Under the pieces are notes generated by a model that searched no databases, was not told where the DNA came from, and was given only the letters and a program-made list of their open reading frames with translations. This document shows, in pieces, positions 1 through 10,776 of a stretch of DNA of 64,000 bases; within the stretch, counting starts at the first letter, position 1; the number at the start of each line of letters is the position of its first letter. The position numbers and the translations under genes were made by a program. The DNA is taken from NCBI GenBank assembly GCA_024234615.1, contig JACKNY010000002.1, positions 243,528 to 307,527 of the forward strand, read 5' to 3'. This DNA comes from Pseudomonadales bacterium (lineage in GTDB: Bacteria; Pseudomonadota; Gammaproteobacteria; Pseudomonadales; IMCC2047).

Positions 1-193
1 TTGGCCGCTGAAAGCCCGGCGTATCAACCAGCTCATAACCCGAGTGAGCGGTTTTCACCTGATAACAAGTCGCCTTTTTGGTGGTGCCGCTATCACCAGA
101 AATATTGATTGAATCATCTTGTGACAGGGTGGAAACAATCGATGACTTGCCCTTGTTGGGGTGCCCCACCACTGCAAAAATTACTTTTTCCAA
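1..193 (-). CDS. GTPase, probably GTPase/DUF3482 family; 5' part only, runs off window edge
   Basis: Manual translation from TTG at 193: LEKVIFAVVGHPNKGKSS (P-loop)...DTPGFQRP (G3). Starts 2 nt after the stop of the DUF2868-like gene, a known gene pairing. Confidence 0.75.
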   Translation of the reverse strand, partial: MEKVIFAVVGHPNKGKSSIVSTLSQDDSINISGDSGTTKKATCYQVKTAHSGYELVDTPGFQRP

Positions 194-195
194 GG

Positions 196-1356
196 TTATC
201 CCAGTTGTTGCGGTAAAAATATACGCCATTGAGGCAGTTGACTGACAAACCGCTGCCACTCCTGCAGATGGCTTTGGCGCGGCGGTTTTAATCCCGTTTC
301 ATCCCAATCCAGCGGCAACAGATAACCACGGCCATGCTGTAAAAAATCCAGCAACTCTCCCAACGGAGGTTCCCAGGCTTTGACCACCACAAGTTGTTCC
401 CCATGCCATGATTCGGCGCTGGCTTGTTGCTCTTGAGTGGCCAGCGGCCCGGCAACCAGCAAATTATCCGCCCGCAAATCCAGCTCAGCCAGCGACTTCA
501 GCAGACCTAGCGACACTCCGGCCCAATTATTGATGGCAATAGACGACGAGAGTTCAGTTACTACTGGGGCCAGTACATAACTCTTGTCGGGAGTGATGGG
601 ATGACGACTGATTTCCTGTTGCAGTCTCGATTCCAAATCTTGCCGAGCCTGATGAATAAAGCTCAGCCGCGCAACGACCAGCACCAAGGCCCGGGGTAAC
701 AAACTATAATATAGTTGGCTGGCCAGAATAAACTGCCACCAGCCTGCGTAGCGTGTCGCATCGACTCCGCTTATCAGTAATCGGGAGTCCTGCGTTGCCT
801 GTAATAACACCAAGGAAGGCTGTGCCCTTTCCCAGAACCCCCAGGGCAAAGCGATCGTATTCAGAAAAGGTAATAGGTCAGTGGCGTCAAGCAGGGTGCT
901 ACGCCAGACAAAATTAATATCTGTCGCCAATAACAGCATGAAAAACACCAATAGGCTGGCACATGAAAATGCCAATGCCGCAGCCTGGCTCTGCAATAAC
1001 AACCAGTGTTTGTGTAGATTGAGTTGACGTGTTTTTCTGAACAATGATTGTTGTTGTGCAGACCACAGCGGCAGCGCAATTAACAGGCGAGCCAAATTGA
1101 TACCTTTCCTACCCAGCAGTGACACCAGGGAGATAAGCAGGCTTACAATGGGTAATAATACATAGAGGAACAGCAAATATAGCAAATTAACTCTGCCATG
1201 CTGATCGCCACTTAATACCCCCCAGCTTAAAATCAACCCGAGAGCGGCGCCAAGGACGACCATTAACCATACTATCTTTGGTGAATTATCTGACGAGGGT
1301 TTGTTAGGGGGCACGCTGACCCACCAGATACATTTTTCCAAGTTGATCCGGCGCAA
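196..1356 (-). CDS. DUF2868-like membrane protein
   Basis: Several TM segments, VNxxYLL motif, WST/FVWRSTL segment, C-terminal WEPP motif; adjacent GTPase. Start uncertain. Confidence 0.65.
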   Translation of the reverse strand: MRRINLEKCIWWVSVPPNKPSSDNSPKIVWLMVVLGAALGLILSWGVLSGDQHGRVNLLYLLFLYVLLPIVSLLISLVSLLGRKGINLARLLIALPLWSAQQQSLFRKTRQLNLHKHWLLLQSQAAALAFSCASLLVFFMLLLATDINFVWRSTLLDATDLLPFLNTIALPWGFWERAQPSLVLLQATQDSRLLISGVDATRYAGWWQFILASQLYYSLLPRALVLVVARLSFIHQARQDLESRLQQEISRHPITPDKSYVLAPVVTELSSSIAINNWAGVSLGLLKSLAELDLRADNLLVAGPLATQEQQASAESWHGEQLVVVKAWEPPLGELLDFLQHGRGYLLPLDWDETGLKPPRQSHLQEWQRFVSQLPQWRIFLPQQLG

Positions 1357-1532
1357 TGATGATCGTGTGTATATTTTTAACGGTCACTCATATTTTCCCT
1401 ATCAAATGAGCCGCAGATAAATGCTGTTTTTCAACTTGCCATTTATTGCGCTTTAAAGCGGAAATAATAAGAACTCTACTGGATAAAGTCCATGACTAAC
1501 TGTACGCGCCCCACTGCTGGCAGGTCGATTTC

Positions 1533-3050
1533 TTACTCTTCTTCAAAAGTATCCACATAGTGTGAAATCTTAAGGCTAAAGTCGTTCTCTTTAATTTCTT
1601 CGAAGCTGGCGAGATAGGCGTATTTATCCACCACCACACCAAGCTGTACCTGACTAAAATCATCAGCCATACAGGGAGATGAACTCAGTTCCATTTCCGG
1701 CTCTGTCCGGTAACGTACACGTCGATAGGTGCTGACGACTTTGCCGATATTTTTATCGGTCAGCAGGTTTTGGTTTGTACCGGATTTGAATTCGCGAGAG
1801 GCATCGATGAATAATACTCCCTCATTCTGAGAGAGAGGGAGTCTGTCTTTGCGAAATATCAGGATAACAGCAGGGATGTCAGTGCCGTAAAAAAGCTTTT
1901 CCGGTAAGCCGATAACAGCATCGAGCAGGTTTTCTTCGATGAGTTTCTGTCGGATTCGACCCTCACTGGCACCGCGAAACAGTGCAGCATGGGGCACGAC
2001 CACAGCCATGCGCCCGCCGGGTTTCCCTCGTGAAGGGGGTCGCATAGTTTCAATCATATGCAGAATGAAGGCATAGTCGCCCTTGGTTTTTGGCGGTATG
2101 CCGCGACGGAAACGGCTGAACCTGTCGTGCTCAACCGCATCGTGACCCCATTTATCCAGGCTGAAAGGCGGATTGGCGATGATAATGTCAAACAGCAACA
2201 AGTTGCCATTCTGATCCAACAACTTGGGATTACAGATGGTGTCACCCCATTCAATTTTGTGGTTATCTTCGCCATGTAGGAACATATTCATTTTCGCCAA
2301 CGACCAGGTGGAACCGATAGTTTCCTGACCATAGAGGGCGTACTGCTTACTGCCGTAACGCTTGCGTACTTTCATGCCGCATTTCATCAGCAGTGAGGCG
2401 GAACCACAGGCCGGATCACAGATGCTGTCATCGGGTTGCGGGTCCAGTAGTTCTGCCATGAGATCGGACACTTCGGGTGGGGTATAGGATTCTCCGGCTT
2501 TTTGGTCACCACTGGCGGCAAACAATTTGATCATGTATTCGTAGGCATTCCCTATAATATCCAGGCTGCCAACGTGGGAGGGCTTGAGGTTAAGCTCCGG
2601 TTTGGCAAAGTCTTCAAGCAGGTGGCGCAGCATGAAGTTTTTTTGCTTTTCTTCGCCGAGTTTGTCGGTGTTGAAGGAAATATCCTGGAACACACTTTTA
2701 CTCGCACCCTTGAGTTTACTCCCGTTAGCTTCTTCAATGGCATGCAGTGCCTGGTCAATACGTTTACCGTTACCCGGTTCGTGACGGCGCTCCCACAGAG
2801 CATAAAAACTGGCTGCTTTGGGTAAGACAAAACGCTCATTTTTCATCATACCTTCAATCAGCTCCGGCTCATCACCGTACTCGGCCTGATACCCATCATA
2901 GTGATCCTGCCAGACATCGGAGATGTATTTAAGGAACAACATAGTGAGAATAAAGTCTTTGTAGGTATCTGCGCTAATCTTGCCACGAAAGGTATTGCAG
3001 GCGCTCCAGAGGGTTTTATTGATATCGTCCTGGTTGATCTGGTCATTCAT
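1533..3050 (-). CDS. hsdM: Type I restriction-modification methyltransferase subunit M; orphan, probably degenerate
   Basis: HsdM N-term (LWSACNTFRG, FLKYISD), DPACGS, NPPF motif. No hsdS/hsdR nearby; premature TAA (see findings). Confidence 0.9.
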   Translation of the reverse strand: MNDQINQDDINKTLWSACNTFRGKISADTYKDFILTMLFLKYISDVWQDHYDGYQAEYGDEPELIEGMMKNERFVLPKAASFYALWERRHEPGNGKRIDQALHAIEEANGSKLKGASKSVFQDISFNTDKLGEEKQKNFMLRHLLEDFAKPELNLKPSHVGSLDIIGNAYEYMIKLFAASGDQKAGESYTPPEVSDLMAELLDPQPDDSICDPACGSASLLMKCGMKVRKRYGSKQYALYGQETIGSTWSLAKMNMFLHGEDNHKIEWGDTICNPKLLDQNGNLLLFDIIIANPPFSLDKWGHDAVEHDRFSRFRRGIPPKTKGDYAFILHMIETMRPPSRGKPGGRMAVVVPHAALFRGASEGRIRQKLIEENLLDAVIGLPEKLFYGTDIPAVILIFRKDRLPLSQNEGVLFIDASREFKSGTNQNLLTDKNIGKVVSTYRRVRYRTEPEMELSSSPCMADDFSQVQLGVVVDKYAYLASFEEIKENDFSLKISHYVDTFEEE

Positions 3051-3322
3051 TCGCGGATTGCTCCATTGAACATTCTTCTTTTAATGAGATAGCATGCATT
3101 TATTTGTCTCATGCAATTGAGGTTTGTATCCTTTCCAAGCAGCTCGTCATGTTTTCATGGTCAGGTTGATTTGCAATCGATTTTATATATCATTGTCTGT
3201 AGTTTAATGATGACTGTTGCTCGATAAAGCAGTACCTTGAAGTTGTAAACATTCCCCGAACTAAATAAAAGGGCATACTAGCCATTTTTAAGTTCCCCCA
3301 GCCATAAAGCAAGGAGACCACC

Positions 3323-3778
3323 ATGAATAAAATAATCGTACTGGTGATAGGTAGTATTTTAAGCATGCAGCTATTTGCTAACGATTCGCCAGCAGAGGAC
3401 GATATTGAATATCGCACTTCTGTGATGACCGCTATCCGAGGCCATAATAATGCCATTAAACTCATCGTTACCGAAAAGGTTTCTCACACGGGCAAACTTG
3501 TAGGGCACATTGATGCGATTAAACAGTTATTCGACGAGCTGGATAGTATTTTCCCCGCTGGTAGTGGTAGTGACTCCGGCAAAACCAACGCCAAAAATGA
3601 TATCTGGGAAAAGCCTGAAAAATTTAATCGAACCATTTCCGAAGCAAAGCAGGCATTAGATACTTTTAGGGGTATCGCCACACAGGGGGATTTATCTAAA
3701 ACTGCTGTGGCATTTAAAGAGTTCGGTAAAACCAGTTGCGGTAGTTGCCATAAATCGTTTAAGAAAAAAGACGACTAA
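3323..3778 (+). CDS. Cytochrome c' / c556 (class II cytochrome c)
   Basis: Signal peptide; C-terminal CGSCH heme motif; AKxxIW motif of class II cytochromes c. Confidence 0.88.
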   Translation: MNKIIVLVIGSILSMQLFANDSPAEDDIEYRTSVMTAIRGHNNAIKLIVTEKVSHTGKLVGHIDAIKQLFDELDSIFPAGSGSDSGKTNAKNDIWEKPEKFNRTISEAKQALDTFRGIATQGDLSKTAVAFKEFGKTSCGSCHKSFKKKDD

Positions 3779-3796
3779 ACGGACAACAAAAACCTC

Positions 3797-4600
3797 ATGA
3801 AACAACCCTCCACCCTGTTATGGCTTTTATTATTGCCCGCCATCACAGGGGCTGATACGAACCTCGATAAAGGTAAATATCTTTTTCAGCTTGCCAACTG
3901 CTACGCCTGTCATACCGACACCCCCAATGACGGACCAGCGCTCGCTGGTGGACGCGCCCTGGAAACCGAGTTTGGTACTTTTTATACACCCAACATCACT
4001 TCCGACAAGCAAACCGGCATCGGCAACTGGAACGACCAGCAATTCATCATGGCAGTACGTGAGGGCATCGCGCCTGACGGCTCCCACTATTACCCCAGTT
4101 TCCCTTACCCTGCGTATCGTAACATCAGCGATAACGACCTCTTATCTATCAAGCAATACCTATTTAGCTTGCCTCCCGTCAAACAAACTAACAAAGAACA
4201 TCAACTAAATTGGTACGTCAGTCGACTTTTAATAGGCGTCTGGAAGGTACTAAACGACTTTTCAACTTACCAATCCCCAGCCGAACACAGACGCGGCGCA
4301 TATTTACTGGATACTTTGGGACACTGTAATGAATGTCACACCCCACGTAACAGCATTGGTATCCTGCAATTCTCAGAAAAATTTAAAGGCAATAAAACAC
4401 TCTCCGCACCCGATATCACCAGCGGACCAGAGGGCATAGCCGACTGGGATACCGAAGAGCTGGAGGATTTATTCAGTGATGGTGCCTTACCCGACGGCGA
4501 CTATGTCTCCGAACATATGGCGGAAGTGGTGGAATTCTCCACCTCAAAGTGGACCAAAGACGACCGCCAAGCAGCCATCGACTATTTGCGCGACCATTGA
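3797..4600 (+). CDS. Diheme c-type cytochrome (membrane-bound dehydrogenase cytochrome-like)
   Basis: CYACH and CNECHTPR heme motifs; FYTPNIT and YYPSFPY motifs; commonly paired with cytochrome c'. Confidence 0.85.
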   Translation: MKQPSTLLWLLLLPAITGADTNLDKGKYLFQLANCYACHTDTPNDGPALAGGRALETEFGTFYTPNITSDKQTGIGNWNDQQFIMAVREGIAPDGSHYYPSFPYPAYRNISDNDLLSIKQYLFSLPPVKQTNKEHQLNWYVSRLLIGVWKVLNDFSTYQSPAEHRRGAYLLDTLGHCNECHTPRNSIGILQFSEKFKGNKTLSAPDITSGPEGIADWDTEELEDLFSDGALPDGDYVSEHMAEVVEFSTSKWTKDDRQAAIDYLRDH

Positions 4601-4635
4601 GGCAAACCTTTGATACGAACCATACAATCAACGCG

Positions 4636-5403
4636 TTACTGAATTGGTCGGCAAGTAAATTCCCGAACCTTGCTACGTGCCTTTGGCACTCGAAGTATTG
4701 CGTTACCCCGTGCGATTACTTTTTGTGTTTCCATTTCTTTCAGAATTACTCCGTATTCGTACTCTTTGCCAGCCTCGGTATAACTCACTTTTTTGTAACT
4801 CGGCTTTGCTCTGAACTCCAGAGACATCGAATGCATTGGCCCACTGACAGCATAGGGACGAAGAAAAAAACCATCAAAATAATAGTGGTATCCAAAGCCA
4901 ACATCGCTCTCTAGCGACGCGACCGACACCTTGCAATCCTTCTTCGTGGTCAGTTTTTCTTTATAATCACGAGATGCGGCGCTCAGCTCCAGATTAAAGG
5001 GCTGCTTAAGCGCATGGGCTGGAACATAAGCAGAACCGCTAATAGCGACAAGCTGCTCAACCGTATCCGTTGAAGTCAGATTGATGGTCTGACCATCCGC
5101 CGCAACCCACTTGATACTCTCTGGTGCCTGGATCGGGATACGTATGATTTGAGTGTCAGCATCGGATTTGTTCTTTTCCACCAAAGTTAATCGGTATTGG
5201 CTAACACTGGCTTTCTCCGGCTTCAAGTAGACGGTGTAATTGCCTTGAGTGACCGATCGTGCCACTTGTTCGGCATCAATATAGGTAAAATTTTCGATCA
5301 CCTCCAGTGAGCCAATCAAGGATTCGTCTTTGCACGCTATCAGCAAAAACGGCATAAGCAAGAAAAAAATAATCTGTCTACCGGTTAATACAAGCTGCTT
5401 CAT
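4636..5403 (-). CDS. Hypothetical lipoprotein
   Basis: ATG at 5403: MKQLVLTGRQIIFFLLMPFLLIA-C lipobox; family not recognised. Confidence 0.6.
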   Translation of the reverse strand: MKQLVLTGRQIIFFLLMPFLLIACKDESLIGSLEVIENFTYIDAEQVARSVTQGNYTVYLKPEKASVSQYRLTLVEKNKSDADTQIIRIPIQAPESIKWVAADGQTINLTSTDTVEQLVAISGSAYVPAHALKQPFNLELSAASRDYKEKLTTKKDCKVSVASLESDVGFGYHYYFDGFFLRPYAVSGPMHSMSLEFRAKPSYKKVSYTEAGKEYEYGVILKEMETQKVIARGNAILRVPKARSKVREFTCRPIQ

Positions 5404-5532
5404 TGTTGCCTCACCTCCTCCGAATACAGACCTTGGCATTCTCTACCCGTTCCGGTCCAGGTAAAATTATGCCTTACAACTCTTCAGCTAGGATATCAAA
5501 TAGTTCGTGATCACCTAAATTCCCCGCTATAC

Positions 5533-7020
5533 TTGAGCTACTCACAGTTACTCAGTTGTCATTCAGTGTTTATAATTTTTCGACCAAAATGTAAATCAGT
5601 TAAATTTAGCCCTTGGCGCCGCTCTGTTCAAAGCGCGAGCTTTTCCTCATTGCTAAGTATTTTATTGTGTCTGAATATGTCCAGTTTGCAGGCAGGGCCC
5701 CTGCTGATAACAAGCAACGACACTCATTTGAACGAGCCCAGGGCTGTGCCGGTACAAGAAATTTCATTACCCAGCGACCAGCCCTCCGAAGCCATTACCG
5801 AAGCGGCTCCTGCAATGGATCCGGCAGCAGCCGACACACCAACATTTAGCAATGTCGACGCCCTGCCAAGTATCGAAGAAGCTGCCCCCGCAGAATATCC
5901 TGACCCCCTTCAACCCTTTAACCTCCTCGGCACCGAAGTACCGTCTGGCAACAAGAAAATTCTCTCCTGGACATATAGCCAGACCAACGAAGGGATCACT
6001 TCACCAGCGCCTGTCATTGTCGTTCATGGCACAAAGCCGGGTCCAGTCATGTGTTTAACCGCAGCGATTCACGGTGACGAATTAAATGGAATTGAAATTG
6101 TGCGCCGTGTTCTGAACAACCTGGATGCGGAAAAACTTACGGGCACCCTGATTGGTGTACCTATTGTCAATATCCAAGGTTTCCACCGCGCTTCACGTTA
6201 TTTGCCTGACCGGCGCGATTTGAATCGATATTTTCCCGGCAAGCTATACGGAAGCTCCGCGTCGCGCATTGCCTATTCCTTTTTTAACGAGATAATTGTC
6301 CATTGTGATGCGCTGGTCGATTTGCATACCGGTTCTCTACATCGAACCAACCTGCCACAGCTACGTGCCGACCTAAGCAATCCACGCGTGCTGGAACTCA
6401 CCCAAGGTTTTGGTGCCACCGTCGTACTACATCATACCGGCACCAAAGGTACGCTCAGACGCTCCGCGACGGATAGAGGCATACCCGCCGTCACCTTAGA
6501 GACCGGCGGTGCTATGCAATTACATGAAAAGCCAGTAACGCATGGCGCGAAAGGTATCCTGACGCTACTTTACAAACTCGGCATGTATAAAAAATCAAGC
6601 CTGTGGGGAGAACCCGAACCCGTTTATTACAAATCTACCTGGGTGAGAACCAATCAAGGCGGCATTCTCTTTAGTCGCGTAGCGCTGGGACAGAGGGTTA
6701 AAAAAGGTCAGCTGTTAGGTACTGTGACGGACCCTATCACTAATGCTCGACAGGAAATTTTTGCGACCCGTAAAGGCCGAATTCTGGGTATGGCGCTAAA
6801 CCAAGTGGTGCAACCAGGGTTTGCCGCCTACCGCATCGGTATCCAAACCTCAGAAGAACCGGATCAAGTACAGGGTGATGAACTTGAAGATGAAGAAGAC
6901 CCCGCCGCTCACCCTGCGTATGACTCTACTTCAGAAGAAGAACCCGACCTAGCCCACGCCGGGATCGATCCTGACATTGATCAAAACATTGATCGAGACA
7001 TTCTGGAAGACTCCGAATAG
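5533..7020 (+). CDS. Succinylglutamate desuccinylase/aspartoacylase family (M14-like) protein
   Basis: AAIHGDELNG, RRDLNRYFPG, DLHTG, TLETG motifs; acidic C-terminal tail. Start uncertain. Confidence 0.88.
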   Translation: MSYSQLLSCHSVFIIFRPKCKSVKFSPWRRSVQSASFSSLLSILLCLNMSSLQAGPLLITSNDTHLNEPRAVPVQEISLPSDQPSEAITEAAPAMDPAAADTPTFSNVDALPSIEEAAPAEYPDPLQPFNLLGTEVPSGNKKILSWTYSQTNEGITSPAPVIVVHGTKPGPVMCLTAAIHGDELNGIEIVRRVLNNLDAEKLTGTLIGVPIVNIQGFHRASRYLPDRRDLNRYFPGKLYGSSASRIAYSFFNEIIVHCDALVDLHTGSLHRTNLPQLRADLSNPRVLELTQGFGATVVLHHTGTKGTLRRSATDRGIPAVTLETGGAMQLHEKPVTHGAKGILTLLYKLGMYKKSSLWGEPEPVYYKSTWVRTNQGGILFSRVALGQRVKKGQLLGTVTDPITNARQEIFATRKGRILGMALNQVVQPGFAAYRIGIQTSEEPDQVQGDELEDEEDPAAHPAYDSTSEEEPDLAHAGIDPDIDQNIDRDILEDSE

Positions 7021-7147
7021 GCAATTACTTTCTACTTCTCGGGCACCGGGCGAGTGTTAACACCCTAAATTAACGCTGAGCATCCAAAAGTTCACTGGTT
7101 AGTATGACCCGATCTCATTTACTTCATGTGCCTTCAAAATAAAGTAA

Positions 7148-10100
7148 TTTCTAAGCTGCCTGTGCGGCAGTGAACTTGTAATACATTTTTTCCAGATCGA
7201 TCCGGTCTTTCTAAGCTGCCTGTGCGGCAGTGAACGTTAACGCGCCTAACCCCATCGCTTCTGCAGTTTTCTAAGCTGCCTGTGCGGCAGTGAACGCAAT
7301 CGCGCCATAGCTCTGATGCCGTTTTCTTTTCTAAGCTGCCTGTGCGGCAGTGAACTGTTGCCTTTACTGATCCACTTTTCTTTGTTGTTTCTAAGCTGCC
7401 TGTGCGGCAGTGAACGCGGAATGCACAGAGCGGCGTATTACTTAACTTTTCTAAGCTGCCTGTGCGGCAGTGAACAGCGCGCGGTCTGTGCAATCAACGC
7501 CACCGAATTTCTAAGCTGCCTGTGCGGCAGTGAACGTTGATAATATGCTCAGTCAACCTCTTTTAATTTTCTAAGCTGCCTGTGCGGCAGTGAACGCAGC
7601 AAAGATGTAGACGAGTCTTTTGTGCGTTTTCTAAGCTGCCTGTGCGGCAGTGAACAATGACAGTTATGACAAACCGTGTCACCCTCGTTTCTAAGCTGCC
7701 TGTGCGGCAGTGAACGGCACGCTGGCGTCGTAGGTCTTGTTTGCGCATTTCTAAGCTGCCTGTGCGGCAGTGAACTACCTCGTTCGACAGGAGCACCGCG
7801 TTCATGTTTTCTAAGCTGCCTGTGCGGCAGTGAACCGCACCCTCCCGGATCCGTTGCACACCTTGCATTTCTAAGCTGCCTGTGCGGCAGTGAACTTACC
7901 CGTCGATCTGCCCAATTATGGGTTAGATTTCTAAGCTGCCTGTGCGGCAGTGAACGTAACGGCACTCCCTTGATGGTACGGCGCTGTTTTCTAAGCTGCC
8001 TGTGCGGCAGTGAACGCTCATCTGTCACAGCTACAACCCTATCCATTTTTCTAAGCTGCCTGTGCGGCAGTGAACGAATACACGGTCATTGTCCGGCGTA
8101 CCTGTTGTTTCTAAGCTGCCTGTGCGGCAGTGAACCCTTATAAGGGCCGGGCTTTTTTTTTGTTGTTTTTCTAAGCTGCCTGTGCGGCAGTGAACTTTCT
8201 TAAACTCCATGCTGGTTAAGTTGGTATTTTCTAAGCTGCCTGTGCGGCAGTGAACAGCGCGGCAACGTGGGTGCCCTCTTCGGTGATTTTCTAAGCTGCC
8301 TGTGCGGCAGTGAACTTTGTTTTCCTGAACATAAATCCTCCATTCTTTTTCTAAGCTGCCTGTGCGGCAGTGAACCAACTGTCTCGTCTCGCGGGGCAGT
8401 TTCAATATTTCTAAGCTGCCTGTGCGGCAGTGAACGCTAAGGCAATGAAGGCTGTCAAAAAGGTTGTTTTCTAAGCTGCCTGTGCGGCAGTGAACATAAC
8501 CGCTCGTGCTGCTAATTCTGCGCTCTTTTTCTAAGCTGCCTGTGCGGCAGTGAACATTGGGCGATGTGGGTAGAGTCCACTTGATCGTTTCTAAGCTGCC
8601 TGTGCGGCAGTGAACAAACAGTGGACAAACGCAATGCATATTGCTATTTTCTAAGCTGCCTGTGCGGCAGTGAACCCTGCTATTGAGCTTAAAGAAACAC
8701 GTAGTAATTTCTAAGCTGCCTGTGCGGCAGTGAACCAAGCAATCAAAGAGTACGAAAATTCACTATATTTCTAAGCTGCCTGTGCGGCAGTGAACTTAGG
8801 CATTTTGTACATAATAGCAGTATCCTATTTCTAAGCTGCCTGTGCGGCAGTGAACTCAAGGATGCGATTCGCGCCGCATGTTTTTTATTTCTAAGCTGCC
8901 TGTGCGGCAGTGAACGTATCGCTATACGACGAATACGGAATCGAAATTTTCTAAGCTGCCTGTGCGGCAGTGAACTTTAATACACCATCCGGGCAAGATT
9001 TAATCTTTTTCTAAGCTGCCTGTGCGGCAGTGAACGGGGAATTAATGTGAACACATACATCATTGAATTTCTAAGCTGCCTGTGCGGCAGTGAACCCCGA
9101 CTACCGGATCATGGGTTCCTTATTTTGTTTCTAAGCTGCCTGTGCGGCAGTGAACATAGCAAGGCTAATAATTGGGTAGGCCAAATTTTTCTAAGCTGCC
9201 TGTGCGGCAGTGAACAAACAGTGGACAAACGCAATGCATATTGCTATTTTCTAAGCTGCCTGTGCGGCAGTGAACGTAGCATTACATGATGAATACGGAA
9301 TCGAAATTTTCTAAGCTGCCTGTGCGGCAGTGAACATCAAGCCGCCACGCCAGATGGCATCTTTGTTTTTCTAAGCTGCCTGTGCGGCAGTGAACATTAA
9401 AATAAAACCGATAACGCTTGTTGAGACTTTTCTAAGCTGCCTGTGCGGCAGTGAACTCTTTATGGCAGGTTTCGAGCCGTGCTATCTTTTTCTAAGCTGC
9501 CTGTGCGGCAGTGAACACTAAGATTGCATTGTGGGGGGTCGGTATCGTTTTCTAAGCTGCCTGTGCGGCAGTGAACATTGATAAGATTGAGGAGGTCAGC
9601 CTCTTTGATTTCTAAGCTGCCTGTGCGGCAGTGAACTCTATTACGACACGCTCTATCATATACAAATATTTCTAAGCTGCCTGTGCGGCAGTGAACTCTG
9701 TCTTGCTGCCAATGATAATCTGACCATTTTTCTAAGCTGCCTGTGCGGCAGTGAACTGCCAATGGCTTAATGGCGTCAGCGGCATACTTTTCTAAGCTGC
9801 CTGTGCGGCAGTGAACAAAACACGGCTGCATTACAAACCGCTCATTAATTTCTAAGCTGCCTGTGCGGCAGTGAACGATTTATATACATGTATATAAGCG
9901 TCGTGTTCTTTCTAAGCTGCCTGTGCGGCAGTGAACAACGAATGAACCTGTTCACGCGAATCTCTGGTTTTCTAAGCTGCCTGTGCGGCAGTGAACAAAA
10001 GAGCTCGAAATCTGCAACTAGTTTTATTTTTCTAAGCTGCCTGTGCGGCAGTGAACCAAAATTTACGGGGAGTATGGCGCCACCCTCGTTTCTAAGCTGC

Positions 10101-10776
10101 CTGTGCGGCAGTGAACAACAGCATATAACAGAAAGTACTAAAACTAGATTTCTAAGCTGCCTGTGCGGCAGTGAACTTGGGGAATGTTAATAGAGTTTGT
10201 TTATGAGTTTTCTAAGCTGCCTGTGCGGCAGTGAACAGCCTATTTATTAAAGCGCAAATAGCAGAACATTTCTAAGCTGCCTGTGCGGCAGTGAACCACG
10301 GCGCGTGCGCAGCTCAGGAATTTAACATTTTCTAAGCTGCCTGTGCGGCAGTGAACTACCCAGCGCTTGCGCCTGCGCCAAGTTGTCTTTTCTAAGCTGC
10401 CTGTGCGGCAGTGAACGTTGTACGCATTATTATTTAGATGATGCTGACTTTCTAAGCTGCCTGTGCGGCAGTGAACGTTCTGGAAGTCTATCTGATCGAC
10501 TGACATAATTTCTAAGCTGCCTGTGCGGCAGTGAACAAAAACTATATACACGGCTCAACGATAGATCATTTCTAAGCTGCCTGTGCGGCAGTGAACAGGT
10601 GGGTTTTGGGCTGTTGGAAATGTTTGCATTTCTAAGCTGCCTGTGCGGCAGTGAACATGAGCGAGTTGACAGATAAGCAGTTTGCAGCTTTCTAAGCTGC
10701 CTGTGCGGCAGTGAACTTTTCGTCGGTATGTTTATAAATCTCTGAGTATTTCTAAGCTGCCTGTGCGGCAGTGAAC
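7148..10776 (-). CRISPR. Type I-F CRISPR array: 61 identical 28-bp repeats GTTCACTGCCGCACAGGCAGCTTAGAAA, 60 spacers (59 of 32 nt, one of 33 nt at 9396-9428)
   Basis: 60-bp periodicity 7148-9395 (38 repeats), then 9429-10776 (23 repeats); Csy4-type hairpin CTGCC-N5-GGCAG; AT-rich leader on the cas side. Confidence 0.99.

Noticed and set aside
1357-1391. Upstream ATG (1391) suggesting a frameshift in the DUF2868-like gene
   Set aside because: Out of frame with an immediate stop; cannot be distinguished from a TTG or downstream start without homologues.
3166-3180. FNR-like site upstream of cytochrome c'
   Set aside because: TTGAT-N5-ATCGA has the wrong spacing and a mismatch.
7090-7097. GTTCACTG beyond the array trailer as a degenerate repeat
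   Set aside because: Only 8 nt, opposite orientation, no hairpin.
7134-10551. Many ORFs with repeating VHCRTGSLE / FLSCLCGSE / SLPHRQLR motifs
   Set aside because: Translations of CRISPR repeats kept in frame by the 60-bp period; not genes.
7176-10748. Self-targeting spacers against the islands or pilus genes in this window
   Set aside because: None noticed by eye; an exhaustive alignment could not be run, so nothing is claimed.
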